A DNA stretch of 63,415 nucleotides, filler included, from Octopus bimaculoides (GCF_001194135.2; 6 parts of 5 records of this genome joined end to end with filler, not necessarily neighbours in it), one strand, 5' to 3'; shown: positions 13,010-26,972, counted from the whole stretch's first letter. Numbers and translations are program-made. Notes: a model not told the origin generated them from the sequence alone.

Positions 13010-13570
13010 TTATATTATTCAAAATGTATGGTTTTTAAGTTCAAAACATATTTATTAAACAGATTTTTGTACATGTTGTCAGTAAATGGGACAAGTATTC
13101 AAAAAAGTGTAAGACATTACAAAAGAAGAAAAAAAAAAATTAGGTTCTACTAATAGTTTAAAAAGTGCTGGTGATAAAAAAAAAAAAACCTATAGTTTTT
13201 GAATTTGGCATGGCATACCAAATACACTTCGAATCGCCGAATAAAAAATGGATAAAACAAATCAAATACTATGTAGTCCTTTATATTTTATATTATTCAA
13301 AATGTATGGTATTTAAGTTCAAAATGTATTCATTAAACAACTTTTTGTACATGTCAGTTAATGGGAGTAAATGTTCAAAGAAGGTCTAAAATATAACACA
13401 AAAAAGCACCCCCACCTCAAAAACGATAAAATAAGCTTCTGTTAATGGCTTCAAAACTGTCGGTGATAAGTAAAAAAATATTGTATAATTTTTAAATCTG
13501 CCTTACCAAATACTTTTCGAATAACCTAATAAAGAATAAGTCAAAATAAATCAAATATAAAGTAGTTTTG
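13010..13570. repeat. Diverged tandem duplication, about 275-bp unit x2
   Basis: tatattattcaaaatgtatggt.tttaagttcaaaa occurs at about 13012 and 13288. Downstream motifs (ggtgataa, taccaaatac..ttcgaat, aaatcaaata) recur in the same order. Confidence 0.75.
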
Positions 13571-14090
13571 TGAAGCCAATAAGTATTTTCTACAGACAAC
13601 GCTAAATAACTGCATGCAAAAGCTTATGTAAAAGCAACATAAGGTGAAACAGAAAGTAAACTAGTTCGAGTAGGTAAAACACTACATCATGCAAACTATT
13701 TATATGGCAGAGGCCATTCAACGACCGACATATCAATGTTTAAACTGGCACAAAGCCATAACTTTCAAAAAAGAAAGAAAACAGATCCTTAATAAAGGGA
13801 GATTACTAAATATAATCCATTGGTTTGACCATTTCGAGTGAATAATATATTAACTGTTGTTTAACACAAGGTCAGCCTTGATGAGAAAAATGCATGATCA
13901 AAAATATTCCAGCGGTGGCCATCCCGTATTTTCATTATCCAGTATACCATTTCTTTTGTATAAGAGTCGGGGAGTAACCTGTGGGAGATTTGACTGCTAT
14001 TTTTCCAGTAGATTTAGCGTCCACGAAACGTAACCATCTCAAGGTTACATAGCTGAGGTATACTTGATTACTACATTTGATACACTCTAT

Positions 14091-14443
14091 ATTCTTTTCT
14101 ACTCTAGGCACAAGGGCTGAAATTTTGGGGGAAGGGGCTAGTCGATTAGATCGACCCCAGTACGCAACTGGCACTTAATTTATCGACCCCAAAAGGATAA
14201 AAAGCAAAGTCGACCTCGGCGGGATTTGAACTCAGAACGTAAAGACAGACGAAATACCGGTAAGCATTTCGCCTGGCGTGCTAACGTTTCTTATTTCTTT
14301 ATTGCCCACAAGGGGCTAAACATAGAGGGGACAAATAAGGACAGACAAAGGCATTAAGTCGATTACATCGATCCCAGTGCGTAACTGGTACTTAATTTAT
14401 CGACCCCGAAAGGATGAAAGGCAAAGTTGACCTCGGCGGAATT
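14091..14443 (-). mobile_element. SINE family B head-to-tail multimer (two units plus linker, runs into a gap)
   Basis: Two consecutive cores (14091-14290 and 14357-14443) joined by ttatttctttattgcccacaaggggctaaacatagaggggacaaataaggacagacaaaggcatt. Confidence 0.88.
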
Positions 14444-15145
14444 NNNNNNNNNNNNNNNNNNNNNNNNNNNNNNNNNNNNNNNNNNNNNNNNNNNNNNNNN
14501 NNNNNNNNNNNNNNNNNNNNNNNNNNNNNNNNNNNNNNNNNNNNNNNNNNNNNNNNNNNNNNNNNNNNNNNNNNNNNNNNNNNNNNNNNNNNNNNNNNNN
14601 NNNNNNNNNNNNNNNNNNNNNNNNNNNNNNNNNNNNNNNNNNNNNNNNNNNNNNNNNNNNNNNNNNNNNNNNNNNNNNNNNNNNNNNNNNNNNNNNNNNN
14701 NNNNNNNNNNNNNNNNNNNNNNNNNNNNNNNNNNNNNNNNNNNNNNNNNNNNNNNNNNNNNNNNNNNNNNNNNNNNNNNNNNNNNNNNNNNNNNNNNNNN
14801 NNNNNNNNNNNNNNNNNNNNNNNNNNNNNNNNNNNNNNNNNNNNNNNNNNNNNNNNNNNNNNNNNNNNNNNNNNNNNNNNNNNNNNNNNNNNNNNNNNNN
14901 NNNNNNNNNNNNNNNNNNNNNNNNNNNNNNNNNNNNNNNNNNNNNNNNNNNNNNNNNNNNNNNNNNNNNNNNNNNNNNNNNNNNNNNNNNNNNNNNNNNN
15001 NNNNNNNNNNNNNNNNNNNNNNNNNNNNNNNNNNNNNNNNNNNNNNNNNNNNNNNNNNNNNNNNNNNNNNNNNNNNNNNNNNNNNNNNNNNNNNNNNNNN
15101 NNNNNNNNNNNNNNNNNNNNNNNNNNNNNNNNNNNNNNNNNNNNN

Positions 15146-15990
15146 TAATTCCTGTGGGTCAATTGTTATAATTGACGCAGTCGACAGCTATACTCTTCCT
15201 TCGCCGGAAAACAGGTGTTCAGCATAAACCCACATTTCAGATATCTCGGACACTGGACAATAGCGTGCGGGACGGTTTCCCTATCTCCCACCCCGCATCT
15301 TGGACAGGTCGGAGAGTGAGACTTTTCATGTCTTGCCGGTTTATCCCAAACGGGCAAGGCGCCGTTGTAACATTGCCAGGTCAAGGACTTTGGAAATTAT
15401 CCAACGTTCTCAACCCGAATGTACGGTGGAACAGGTTGTCAAGTTGAATATACCCGAGACCGAGAGTCGCCCACAAGCCACCGTCACATTCAGACTCTAC
15501 CAATCCACTTTATAGTAAATGTGTAGAACCCCCACCGCTGGCGCTGCCCGAGCGCCGGAATAGCAGGAGGGCCTTACGACACTCCATATATCACTTACTC
15601 AACCTCGGTCTACGAGAACACCAGGCTTCCTGTTCGCAAAGACGTTTGAACTCGGGAACATTTGTCTGGCTAGCGGAGACCATACCCGTTCACCATCCAG
15701 GAGAATCCAGAGATGCCTCAACCTCAACGCATGCCTGCGCATCATTAACCAAGGCATCCCTAAACCTCCCTTTAACGGCTTCTGACAACAGATAGAGCGT
15801 TTCACAAGTGGCGACTTGTCGTTCCACAAAAAGCGAAAGAGCTGCCTCTCCAACCTGATCACCCACGAATCCTGACAAGGCACGACGTTCAAGCGGTAGG
15901 TAATGACCGATGCGATAAACACATTGGCCACCTCCACCCTTCCTTTCAGGGATAGGCACCACCAAGACCCATGTTGTTGGACAAGGTTTT
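15146..15990 (-). mobile_element. L1/Tx1-clade LINE ORF2 C-terminal fragment, degenerate
   Basis: CLSLKGRVEVANVFIAS..TYRL, LFRFLWNDK...VKRSICCQKPLKGGLGMP, and the CCHC knuckle CPRCGVGDRETVPHAIVQCP. GC-rich relative to the flanks. Confidence 0.85.
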
Positions 15991-16034
15991 TAAATTTTAA
16001 AACCTATTTTAATTTTCATTGAGCTAGGAATACG

Positions 16035-16232
16035 GAGAGCTAGAAGATTCGTTAACGCACCGGACAAAACGTTTAGTAGCGTTTCTTACGTCCCAAGCTA
16101 AAATTCTCCCGAGAGCGACTTTGCTTTTCATCCCTTTCAGGGTCGATAAAACAATTACCAGTCGAACCCTGGGGTGGAGGTCTATGTTATCGACTTGCCA
16201 CCAAATTTCAGATTTGTGTCTAAATCAAAAAG
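16035..16232 (+). mobile_element. SINE family B, old degenerate copy
   Basis: gagcgactttgcttttcatccctttcagggtcgataaa...accag matches the family B core. Confidence 0.65.
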
Positions 16233-16260
16233 AATCTTATTAATCTTGACAATTTGACAA

Positions 16261-16504
16261 GTCCCTTAACCCCATGGGGGAGTCGTTTGGGCGCTGCAAC
16301 CATGCGGCGTATCTAGGACGCGGAAGCCTGGCAGAGCCCATCCCTCTCCAGGCTAAACTTATTTTCACAACTGAGTGGCCTGGAGCAACGTGAATAAAGC
16401 GTTTTGCTAAAGAACAAAACGGATCACCCGGTCTAGGGATCGAAACCACAATTTTAATATCGTGAATCCAATAACCTAACCCCTCAGCAACGCGCCTCCA
16501 CTAG
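16261..16504 (-). mobile_element. tRNA-headed SINE with CORE-like central domain
   Basis: Reverse complement tagtggaggcgcgttg...ggtttcgatccctagaccggg...ttctttagcaaaacgctttattcacgttgctccaggccactcagttgtgaaaat. Confidence 0.75.
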
Positions 16505-16655
16505 TGGTATTCAGTTCTACAGCTGAGTGGAGTGGGGCAACGCGAAGTGAAGTGTTTTGCTGAAGAGCACGACGCGTTGTCCGGTCCAAGAATCGAAGCC
16601 ACAATCTTACGGTCGTGAATCCAACACCTTAACCATTAAGCCACGCGCCTCCACT
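16505..16655 (-). mobile_element. Second tRNA-headed CORE-like SINE, head-to-tail with the previous copy
   Basis: Reverse complement agtggaggcgcgtggcttaatggttaagg...ggcttcgattcttggaccgg...tcttcagcaaaacacttcacttcgcgttgccccactccactcagctgtagaa. Confidence 0.75.
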
Positions 16656-18129
16656 GACAATTTGTCTACCCTTTTTCCAGATCTCACTTCCTATAAGAAA
16701 TACTCTTTTACACGATATATTAGCTGCATAGCCAGTAGTAAAGGTATACACTCCTACACGCACTCAAATTTTAACTGTCGTTACAAATATAACACACGCC
16801 TCGTATTGCAATTTAAACGACAGATTACAACTGTGCTTAGTAGAATTAAATAAGATATTATTTAAAACACCTTCAGCTACTCGACAGATGATATGTAACT
16901 TGAAGTAAAGTAACATGCTGCTTTGCTATGCAGATGTTTATTACATTGTAATTACAGCGAATGGCCTGCTACTGTTTCGTAATCACCACTAATATGTTAA
17001 ACTAATTTAGAAAAACAATGAAACGCAATCAATACTCAACAACATGCTTGTGCTGAGCAATCTCATTTTCAGCGCCACAGTTAGTCTTTATAAACATTGT
17101 ACATTATGTCAAAACATTCTGTTTCATTTCTGTACTGTATGTAACCTTCCCTTTCCCCCACCATAATTGTGCAGAATAATATAAAAAAAAAACAAGAAAA
17201 TGAACATTTCCAACCATTAATTCAAAAATTATTTCAACTGAGAAATTACGAATATACTACGACTACCATATACTACTACTATTACCAGTAGTAGTAGTAG
17301 TAGTAGTAGTTATTGCTATTGTTTGACTGATGTATTACAAATGGATGCGCTGCATCTGCTCGGTTTAGCCGAGAAAAAGATATCCATCTCTACCCAACAA
17401 ATCTGAGAAAGTAACGGTAGTGGATTGTGAGAGTAGAAAGATATTGAGTGAGATAATTCTATCTGAGACGGAAGAGCGGAAAATAAAATTTCTTATGGTA
17501 TTTCGTTGAACCTTTTATGTTCTCTATGCAAGTCAATCTCGTCAAGAACTGGCTTTTCATCTTCCCGGGGGATGGTAAAACAAAGCATCAGCCGATTGTT
17601 CGCCACTGAAGTCTATGTGGTCATTGATATTAACGAATATATCAGATATTATGTCTACCACTTTATAAACAGACGCGTTTATGAGGATATAAGAAACAAA
17701 GGATGACAGGTGTTGAGTGCTCTGCCTGCCTGCTGGATATCTAATTGACGATCTTCGACACCGATAACACGCAGAAGCGGGCTAACAATCTCTTTTGCAC
17801 TACACCACACAAATATGTTTATGCGTATAATCAAACAGCTTGACTGTAATAAATGCGGTGTACACAATATCGGGTGCCAAACTTGGACATCTGCACATCT
17901 GAATCAAAGAGTACTTCCTTGTATGTATCTTATCAATAAAAAAAGAAACAAAACAGTCGAATAAATGTCATGGGGAGAACATCATTATTGCCATCAGAGT
18001 TACAAAGCGATATATCAGTAGCATACAAATTAAGGAGGTAACCTTCATTAGTCTAAATCCTTTCTCAATACCCTACAAGAACTGCATGAAGCTCATTGAT
18101 TACTTTAGCCATACAGCCAGTCGTATTGC

Positions 18130-18325
18130 TAAGGCGGCGAGCTAGCAGAATCGTTAGCACCCTGGACGATATTTCGCCCGTCGTTACGTTCTAGGTTCAA
18201 ATTCCGCCGAGGTCCATTTTGCATTTCTTCATTTCAAGATCGATAAGTCAAGTACCAGTTACGCACTGAGATCGATGTAATCAACATACCCCCCCCCCAA
18301 ATTTCAGGTCCTGTCCCTATAGTAA
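18130..18325 (+). mobile_element. SINE family B
   Basis: taaggcggcgagctagcagaatcgttagcacc...ggttcaaattccgccgaggtc...agtaccagtt. Confidence 0.85.
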
Positions 18326-18914
18326 ATATTATTCGTATTGCTCGAGGTAGAAATCAATTGATTCTCTACGTTTTGTTAGAAAACTTTATTTAAAAAATAG
18401 AAGGAAGACATGTTTTTGCGAGACCCTTGCAACAATAGTTACGATCACCGTATTTAACTAGTATTATCAGAGGGATCGGATAAAATGGCTTATGCATTTT
18501 GATATGGTTCTCTGCACTCTGAGTTAAAATCCCACTATGATCGTCTTTGCTTTTCATTCTTGCNNNNNNNNNNNNNNNNNNNNNNNNNNNNNNNNNNNNN
18601 NNNNNNNNNNNNNNNNNNNNNNNNNNNNNNNNNNNNNNNNNNNNNNNNNNNNNNNNNNNNNNNNNNNNNNNNNNNNNNNNNNNNNNNNNNNNNNNNNNNN
18701 NNNNNNNNNNNNNNNNNNNNNNNNNNNNNNNNNNNNNNNNNNNNNNNNNNNNNNNNNNNNNNNNNNNNNNNNNNNNNNNNNNNNNNNNNNNNNNNNNNNN
18801 NNNNNNNNNNNNNNNNNNNNNNNNNNNNNNNNNNNNNNNNNNNNNNNNNNNNNNNNNNNNNNNNNNNNNNNNNNNNNNNNNNNNNNNNNNNNNNNNNNNN
18901 NNNNNNNNNNNNNN

Positions 18915-19092
18915 NTCTTCTTCTTCTTCTTCTTTTCCATCTTCCTCCACTTCATCCCCATCCTCCTCCACTTCCTCCCCATCCTCATACTCTTCCTTCA
19001 CTTCCCTATCTTCCTCTTCGTTCTCTACCTTATCTTCCTCCTTCAGCCCTCTAACTCCTCTCTTCTCTCTCTTTCTCTCTCTCTCTCTCTGT
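18915..19092. repeat. Polypyrimidine low-complexity tract: (CTT/CCT)n and (CT)n
   Basis: Degenerate trinucleotide units followed by (CT)n. Confidence 0.85.
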
Positions 19093-19657
19093 ATCTCGCT
19101 TTCACCCACAGTATGTACCGTCCGAGGCAGGCTTTGAGTTTCCCGCCCTATGCAGGATTATGCAGTAGACCCAAAAGTGCCGCTTTCATAAAAGTTCGAT
19201 TCGGGTTGGACAGTCCCCATGCTCCACCTTCACCCCTAGTTATCCACCAGCTACGGTTACTGTCTCACCAGACGAACTGACTGAATACATTTTCCAAAAA
19301 AATATCTCTGTACACTCTCAGTACCATCTTTCTTTAAACATATTCAAAGACCGTCTGACACTCGCTGTGTGATGTCGACACTCAGGAAGTATCTTGTTTT
19401 GACGCGCGCTGTCCAACCTTTACATACCAGTTGGGAAGCTTACACAATGAATTCACGCATGCACGCACGCACGCACACACACACACACATACATACAGAG
19501 AACAACAATAAAAACTTCTGTCAGAGTTTCTACCTACGAGAAACATCTTAAAATATTACCATTGCTCGCTTTGGAGTACCGATATCTCAATCGTGAGTGT
19601 AGCACACATAACCACTAAGCCACGCACCTTCACAAGCTGATTATATGTTTATTTTTT

Positions 19658-19814
19658 TTACTAGTTTCAGTTATTAGATTGTGGCCATGCTGGGGTACCG
19701 GCTTGAAGCGTTTTTAGTCGAATGAATCGACCCCTTTTTTCAGCTTAGTACATATTCTATCTCTCTCTTTTGCCGAACTATTAGATTAAGGGGACATAAA
19801 CACACCAACACCGG
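19658..19814 (-). mobile_element. SINE family A, 3' fragment
   Basis: tagtttcagtt...ggccatgctggggtacc...ttagtcgaatgaatcgacccc...ttttgccgaac...aaacacaccaacaccgg. Confidence 0.75.
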
Positions 19815-20203
19815 TATGTGAGAAAAACTTGCATAAAATATTGTTCCATATATTTGGCATTCAGGAGAGAAAACAACATTCTCTTCCTCAAATTCTTGCA
19901 AAAGTAACCTTTTCAACGACAGGTTGTCATTAGAACGTCCAACTACTTCCCAAATGGTTTGCGAACTAGACGGAATTGACCAAGCACATCACTGAGACTT
20001 ATAAAGCAGCAATTCCTATCGCCATTCTGATCAGCCACATGAAAGTCATAACAGACCAGCCTCCATCAATTCGTTTATCTATCAACAGCTAGCACGAATA
20101 CTGAAAAGTCCCAAGAAAACTATTGTACACCAGCATATAGAGAGTAAAGTGTGCTCCAGAATTGCATTAGCTCTGACGACTAATGAGTGAACAAATAGAT
20201 AAG

Positions 20204-20565
20204 TAGGAGTGGCTGTGTCGTTAGTAGGTTGCATTCCAACCACATGGTTTCGGGTTCAGTCCCACTGCGTGGCAACTTGGGCAACTGTTTTCTACTACAG
20301 CCTCGGTGCTGTACTCACGATTAAGATATCGTGCGTTCGATTCTCAGACCGGCTACGCTTTGTGTTCTTGAGCAAAACACTCCATTTCACATTGCTCCAG
20401 TCGCCTCAGCTGTAAATGGGTAACCCTGCGACGGACTATCCTTCCGATCAGAGGGAATGTCAGCTTGCTCAACTAGCAGCATTTTTCGGAAACTCAAACA
20501 GTGCAAAGCGCATTGTGACTAGCGATGTATAACAACATCCGATAGTCTGGTCGATCACGTGATCT
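20204..20565 (+). mobile_element. Chimeric SINE: family A head fused to a CORE-like SINE
   Basis: 20204-20306 is a family A head. From about 20307 a second, 5'-clipped tRNA head (cgtgcgttcgattctcagaccgg) leads into gtgttcttgagcaaaacactccatttcacattgctccagtcgcctcagctgtaaatgggt. Confidence 0.7.
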
Positions 20566-21050
20566 AAACGACATAAAAGTTCACAAGTTAACTTGTAAGT
20601 ATTATGTATTGAGAAAATTTGCATATAACAAAACCATATGTAATGATAAATTCAAGTAATGGACACACATATAGAGCTCTACAGCTATGAAAATAATATG
20701 CATACATTCACAAAAACATACAGAGGCACATATACACATACATATATAGACACTCATACATAGAGCGAATGAGAGTGAGTGAGACCATGCGTTTGGGCAG
20801 GTGGACAGGTATTTGAGATATTCAATGTGTATTTCAGATACGCAGAAAGAGAAGAGAAACGAGAAACAATGAGTTTTCACTTGTACATTATGAATATTTG
20901 TGTAGTTGTTTTCTCTGAAATAATTGCATGTGTCATTAAGATGTATGAACGAGTTAGCAATGTTGAGACAGGTATTCTGTCTCCAGGAATAACTACCTTG
21001 TGTAATGTGTTTTACGTTACGTATTCAGTGGAATTTCACACACACACACA

Positions 21051-21092
<42 letters not shown>

Positions 21093-21430
21093 NNNNNNNN
21101 NNNNNNNNNNNNNNNNNNNNNNNNNNNNNNNNNNNNNNNNNNNNNNNNNNNNNNNNNNNNNNNNNNNNNNNNNNNNNNNNNNNNNNNNNNNNNNNNNNNN
21201 NNNNNNNNNNNNNNNNNNNNNNNNNNNNNNNNNNNNNNNNNNNNNNNNNNNNNNNNNNNNNNNNNNNNNNNNNNNNNNNNNNNNNNNNNNNNNNNNNNNN
21301 NNNNNNNNNNNNNNNNNNNNNNNNNNNNNNNNNNNNNNNNNNNNNNNNNNNNNNNNNNNNNNNNNNNNNNNNNNNNNNNNNNNNNNNNNNNNNNNNNNNN
21401 NNNNNNNNNNNNNNNNNNNNNNNNNNNNNN

Positions 21431-21494
<64 letters not shown>

Positions 21495-21503
21495 CTGTGT
21501 GAT

Positions 21504-21903
21504 ATAGGTGGAGGAGTGAGTGTGTCGTAAGAGGCTTGCTTGCCAACCATATTTCCGTGTTCAGTTCCACAGCATGGTACCTTGGGCAGGTGTCTTCTAC
21601 TATAGCCTCGGGCCGACCAAAGCCTTGTGAGTGGATTTTGTAGACGGAAACTGAAAAGAAGCCCGTCGTATATATATCGATGTGTGCGTGTCTGTGTTTG
21701 TCCCTCCATCACCACTTGACACGTGCGTGTCTGTGTTTGTTCCCTCATCGGCACTTGACAACCCGTGTTGGTGTGTTTATGTCCCCGTAACTTAGCAGTT
21801 CAGCAAAGTCACCGATTGTATAAGTATCAGGCTTAAAAATAAATACTGGGTTCGATTCATTCGACTCAGCATGGACGCAGTCTAATGACTGAAACAGGTA
21901 AAG
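21504..21903 (+). mobile_element. Full-length SINE family A
   Basis: tRNA-like head, ccttgggcaggtgtcttctactatagcctcgggccgaccaaagccttgtgagtgg, internal (TA)/(TG) block, 3' end aatgactgaaacaggtaaaag. Confidence 0.9.
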
Positions 21904-22183
21904 AATTTAAAAAATGACACACACACACACACATATATATTCATACCTATTCATATAAATGTATATATATATACATGTACACTTATTATTTCATATACAT
22001 ATATGTGTATATATGTGCACATACATACACATGTGTATATATTTTTATATACCTATATACATGTGTGTGTATATACATATGTGTATATATATATATATAT
22101 ATACTTCACTATATACTTCACTATATATATATATATATANNNNNNNNNNNNNNNNNNNNNNNNNNNNNNNNNNNNNNNNNNNN

Positions 22184-22195
22184 TTAATTAATTAA
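22184..22195. other. Assembly spacer N44-TTAATTAATTAA-N44 (also at 36157, 45318, 57553, 59843)
   Basis: The same 12-mer, giving stops in all six frames, is centred in an identical 100-nt N block five times. Confidence 0.95.
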
Positions 22196-22239
22196 NNNNN
22201 NNNNNNNNNNNNNNNNNNNNNNNNNNNNNNNNNNNNNNN

Positions 22240-22491
22240 GTATCTGCCTGCTAATTTCTATCTTTGGAAGGCAGATGTCCTTGATTTGTGCGGGATCTGC
22301 CTGCTAATTTCTATCTTTGAAAGGCAGATGTCCTTGATTTGTGCGGTATCTGCCTGCTAATTTCTATCTTTGAAAGGCAGATGTCCTTGATTTGTGCGGT
22401 ATCTGCCTGTTAATTTCTATCTTTGGAAGGCAGATGTCCTTGATTTGTGCGGTATCTGCCTGCTAATTTCTATCCTTGATTTGTACGGAAT
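22240..22491. repeat. 53-bp minisatellite, 4 units plus a partial unit
   Basis: Unit gtatctgcctgctaatttctatctttggaaggcagatgtccttgatttgtgcg starts at 22240, 22293, 22346, 22399 and 22452. No unique spacers. Confidence 0.95.
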
Positions 22492-24570
<2,079 letters not shown>

Positions 24571-25295
24571 NNNNNNNNNNNNNNNNNNNNNNNNNNNNNN
24601 NNNNNNNNNNNNNNNNNNNNNNNNNNNNNNNNNNNNNNNNNNNNNNNNNNNNNNNNNNNNNNNNNNNNNNNNNNNNNNNNNNNNNNNNNNNNNNNNNNNN
24701 NNNNNNNNNNNNNNNNNNNNNNNNNNNNNNNNNNNNNNNNNNNNNNNNNNNNNNNNNNNNNNNNNNNNNNNNNNNNNNNNNNNNNNNNNNNNNNNNNNNN
24801 NNNNNNNNNNNNNNNNNNNNNNNNNNNNNNNNNNNNNNNNNNNNNNNNNNNNNNNNNNNNNNNNNNNNNNNNNNNNNNNNNNNNNNNNNNNNNNNNNNNN
24901 NNGAAAAGGGTAGTTTCTTGTTTCTTATTTGCTACATTTAATTTTCTTGTGTGTTATGCAATGGAAATTATGACAAAAGTATTTCCAAAGAGTTTAGAAA
25001 TTTTTGTTTTGTTTTTGCAGTTTTGATCTGCTGCTTCTTTGACCATTCATGCATTTCCTTTCCATGGTGTAAGGACCTCTATACCAAAATTTGTCCTCTT
25101 GACAACCCTACACGTTGTTCTTTATTAGATACTGCATCCACAAATTTCTGTGAATTTATTGCTTATAATCTTTTAAATGCTTCACTCATTAAATATATTA
25201 TACAGTAACATAAGATGTGACTGTTTCGTACACGGGAATATTGTAAAGTTGTCAAATGTTTACATAAACAATGACCTCAAGTACAAAAGAGAAGA

Positions 25296-25380
25296 GACCA
25301 CACTGTAAGATCATGAGGCACAAGTATAGTTTAGTGACCACACTGTAAGATCATGAGGCACAAGTATAGTTTAGTGACCA
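25296..25380. repeat. Perfect 40-bp tandem duplication
   Basis: gaccacactgtaagatcatgaggcacaagtatagtttagt x2 plus gacca. Confidence 0.95.
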
Positions 25381-26470
25381 GACTGATTCCTTGTTAGTGT
25401 CTGAAGAATAGTTTCTTAAAATGAAACTTTGCAGAGATACATTTTCAAGCGTCCAGATTATGATTTTCATAAAATTGAGAACAAACATTTTGGAGGAGGT
25501 TCGGGGTTATTTAAAAATGCTATGTGAAAGATAATTTGGATCTATTCAATCTCGGTCACAGATTACTTTTAAATAAATACTTTGAAATTTCTGATACTGG
25601 TTGAATGTGTCACGTAGAACACTGTTTACTCTTAATGTTTTTGACAAAATTTTCTATTTTAGAAGTTATTTCATGTTAAATTTGTTGTATTTTGGTAATT
25701 TTAATCAATCAGTGCATGTATTCAGCTGAAGAAAGTTTCAAACTGCTTGTTTTTNNNNNNNNNNNNNNNNNNNNNNNNNNNNNNNNNNNNNNNNNNNNNN
25801 NNNNNNNNNNNNNNNNNNNNNNNNNNNNNNNNNNNNNNNNNNNNNNNNNNNNNNNNNNNNNNNNNNNNNNNNNNNNNNNNNNNNNNNNNNNNNNNNNNNN
25901 NNNNNNNNNNNNNNNNNNNNNNNNNNNNNNNNNNNNNNNNNNNNNNNNNNNNNNNNNNNNNNNNNNNNNNNNNNNNNNNNNNNNNNNNNNNNNNNNNNNN
26001 NNNNNNNNNNNNNNNNNNNNNNNNNNNNNNNNNNNNNNNNNNNNNNNNNNNNNNNNNNNNNNNNNNNNNNNNNNNNNNNNNNNNNNNNNNNNNNNNNNNN
26101 NNNNNNNNNNNNNNNNNNNNNNNNNNNNNNNNNNNNNNNNNNNNNNNNNNNNNNNNNNNNNNNNNNNNNNNNNNNNNNNNNNNNNNNNNNNNNNNNNNNN
26201 NNNNNNNNNNNNNNNNNNNNNNNNNNNNNNNNNNNNNNNNNNNNNNNNNNNNNNNNNNNNNNNNNNNNNNNNNNNNNNNNNNNNNNNNNNNNNNNNNNNN
26301 NNNNNNNNNNNNNNNNNNNNNNNNNNNNNNNNNNNNNNNNNNNNNNNNNNNNNNNNNNNNNNNNNNNNNNNNNNNNNNNNNNNNNNNNNNNNNNNNNNNN
26401 NNNNNNNNNNNNNNNNNNNNNNNNNNNNNNNNNNNNNNNNNNNNNNNNNNNNNNNNNNGTCCTCATATCA

Positions 26471-26596
26471 TAGCAGTTCGGTAAAAGAGACCGATATAGT
26501 AAGTACTTGGCTTACAAAGAATAATTCCTGGGACCCATTTGCTCGACTAAAGGCGGTGCTCCAGCATGGCCATAAATGACTGAAACGTAAAAGAGA
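26471..26596 (+). mobile_element. SINE family A, 3' end
   Basis: tagcagttcggtaaaagagaccgata...gctcgactaaaggcggtgctccagcatggcc...atgactgaaacgtaaaag. Confidence 0.85.
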
Positions 26597-26831
26597 GAGG
26601 GTTTTATATTAGGATGTCAGGTAATTGATTTTTTTTGTTTTGTTATTGACGATCGTGTGTGTGAAAGAATCAAATAATACCACAAAGACATTCTTCTGCT
26701 TAGCCAAGGCATCTGGCGAATGGAAATGCTGTCACAGAAAAATTATTGTTCTACAATGAGAAGATTGCTGTTAGGCGACATTCCGCAATCGAGGATCGAA
26801 TCCATGCTATGCATGCATGAAGCCACTATAT

Positions 26832-26972
26832 ATGATGGGCTTCTTTCAGTTTCCATCTACCAAATCCACTCGCAAGACTTTGGTCGGCCCGAGTCTACAG
26901 CAGAAGACACTTGCTCAAGGTGCCACACAGTGGGACTGAACTTGGAACCATGTGGTTGGTAAGAGAGCTACT
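26832..26972 (-). mobile_element. SINE family A, 5' half
   Basis: gggcttctttcagtttccatctaccaaatccactcgcaagactttggtcggcccgag...aaggtgccacacagtgggactgaac. Confidence 0.85.

Noticed and set aside
17262-17310. (TAC)n followed by (GTA)n hairpin
   Set aside because: It is a short, imperfect microsatellite inversion with no further support.
18390-19109. Acidic E/D-rich ORF
   Set aside because: It is a degenerate purine trinucleotide repeat running into a gap, with no splice or domain support.
21037-21492. (CA)n ... (GT)n inverted arrangement around a gap as a fold-back element
   Set aside because: These are common microsatellites on separate contigs and the intervening sequence is unknown.
22240-22491. 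53-bp partly palindromic repeats as a CRISPR array
   Set aside because: Units are contiguous with no unique spacers, there are no cas genes, and the context is eukaryotic. It is a minisatellite.
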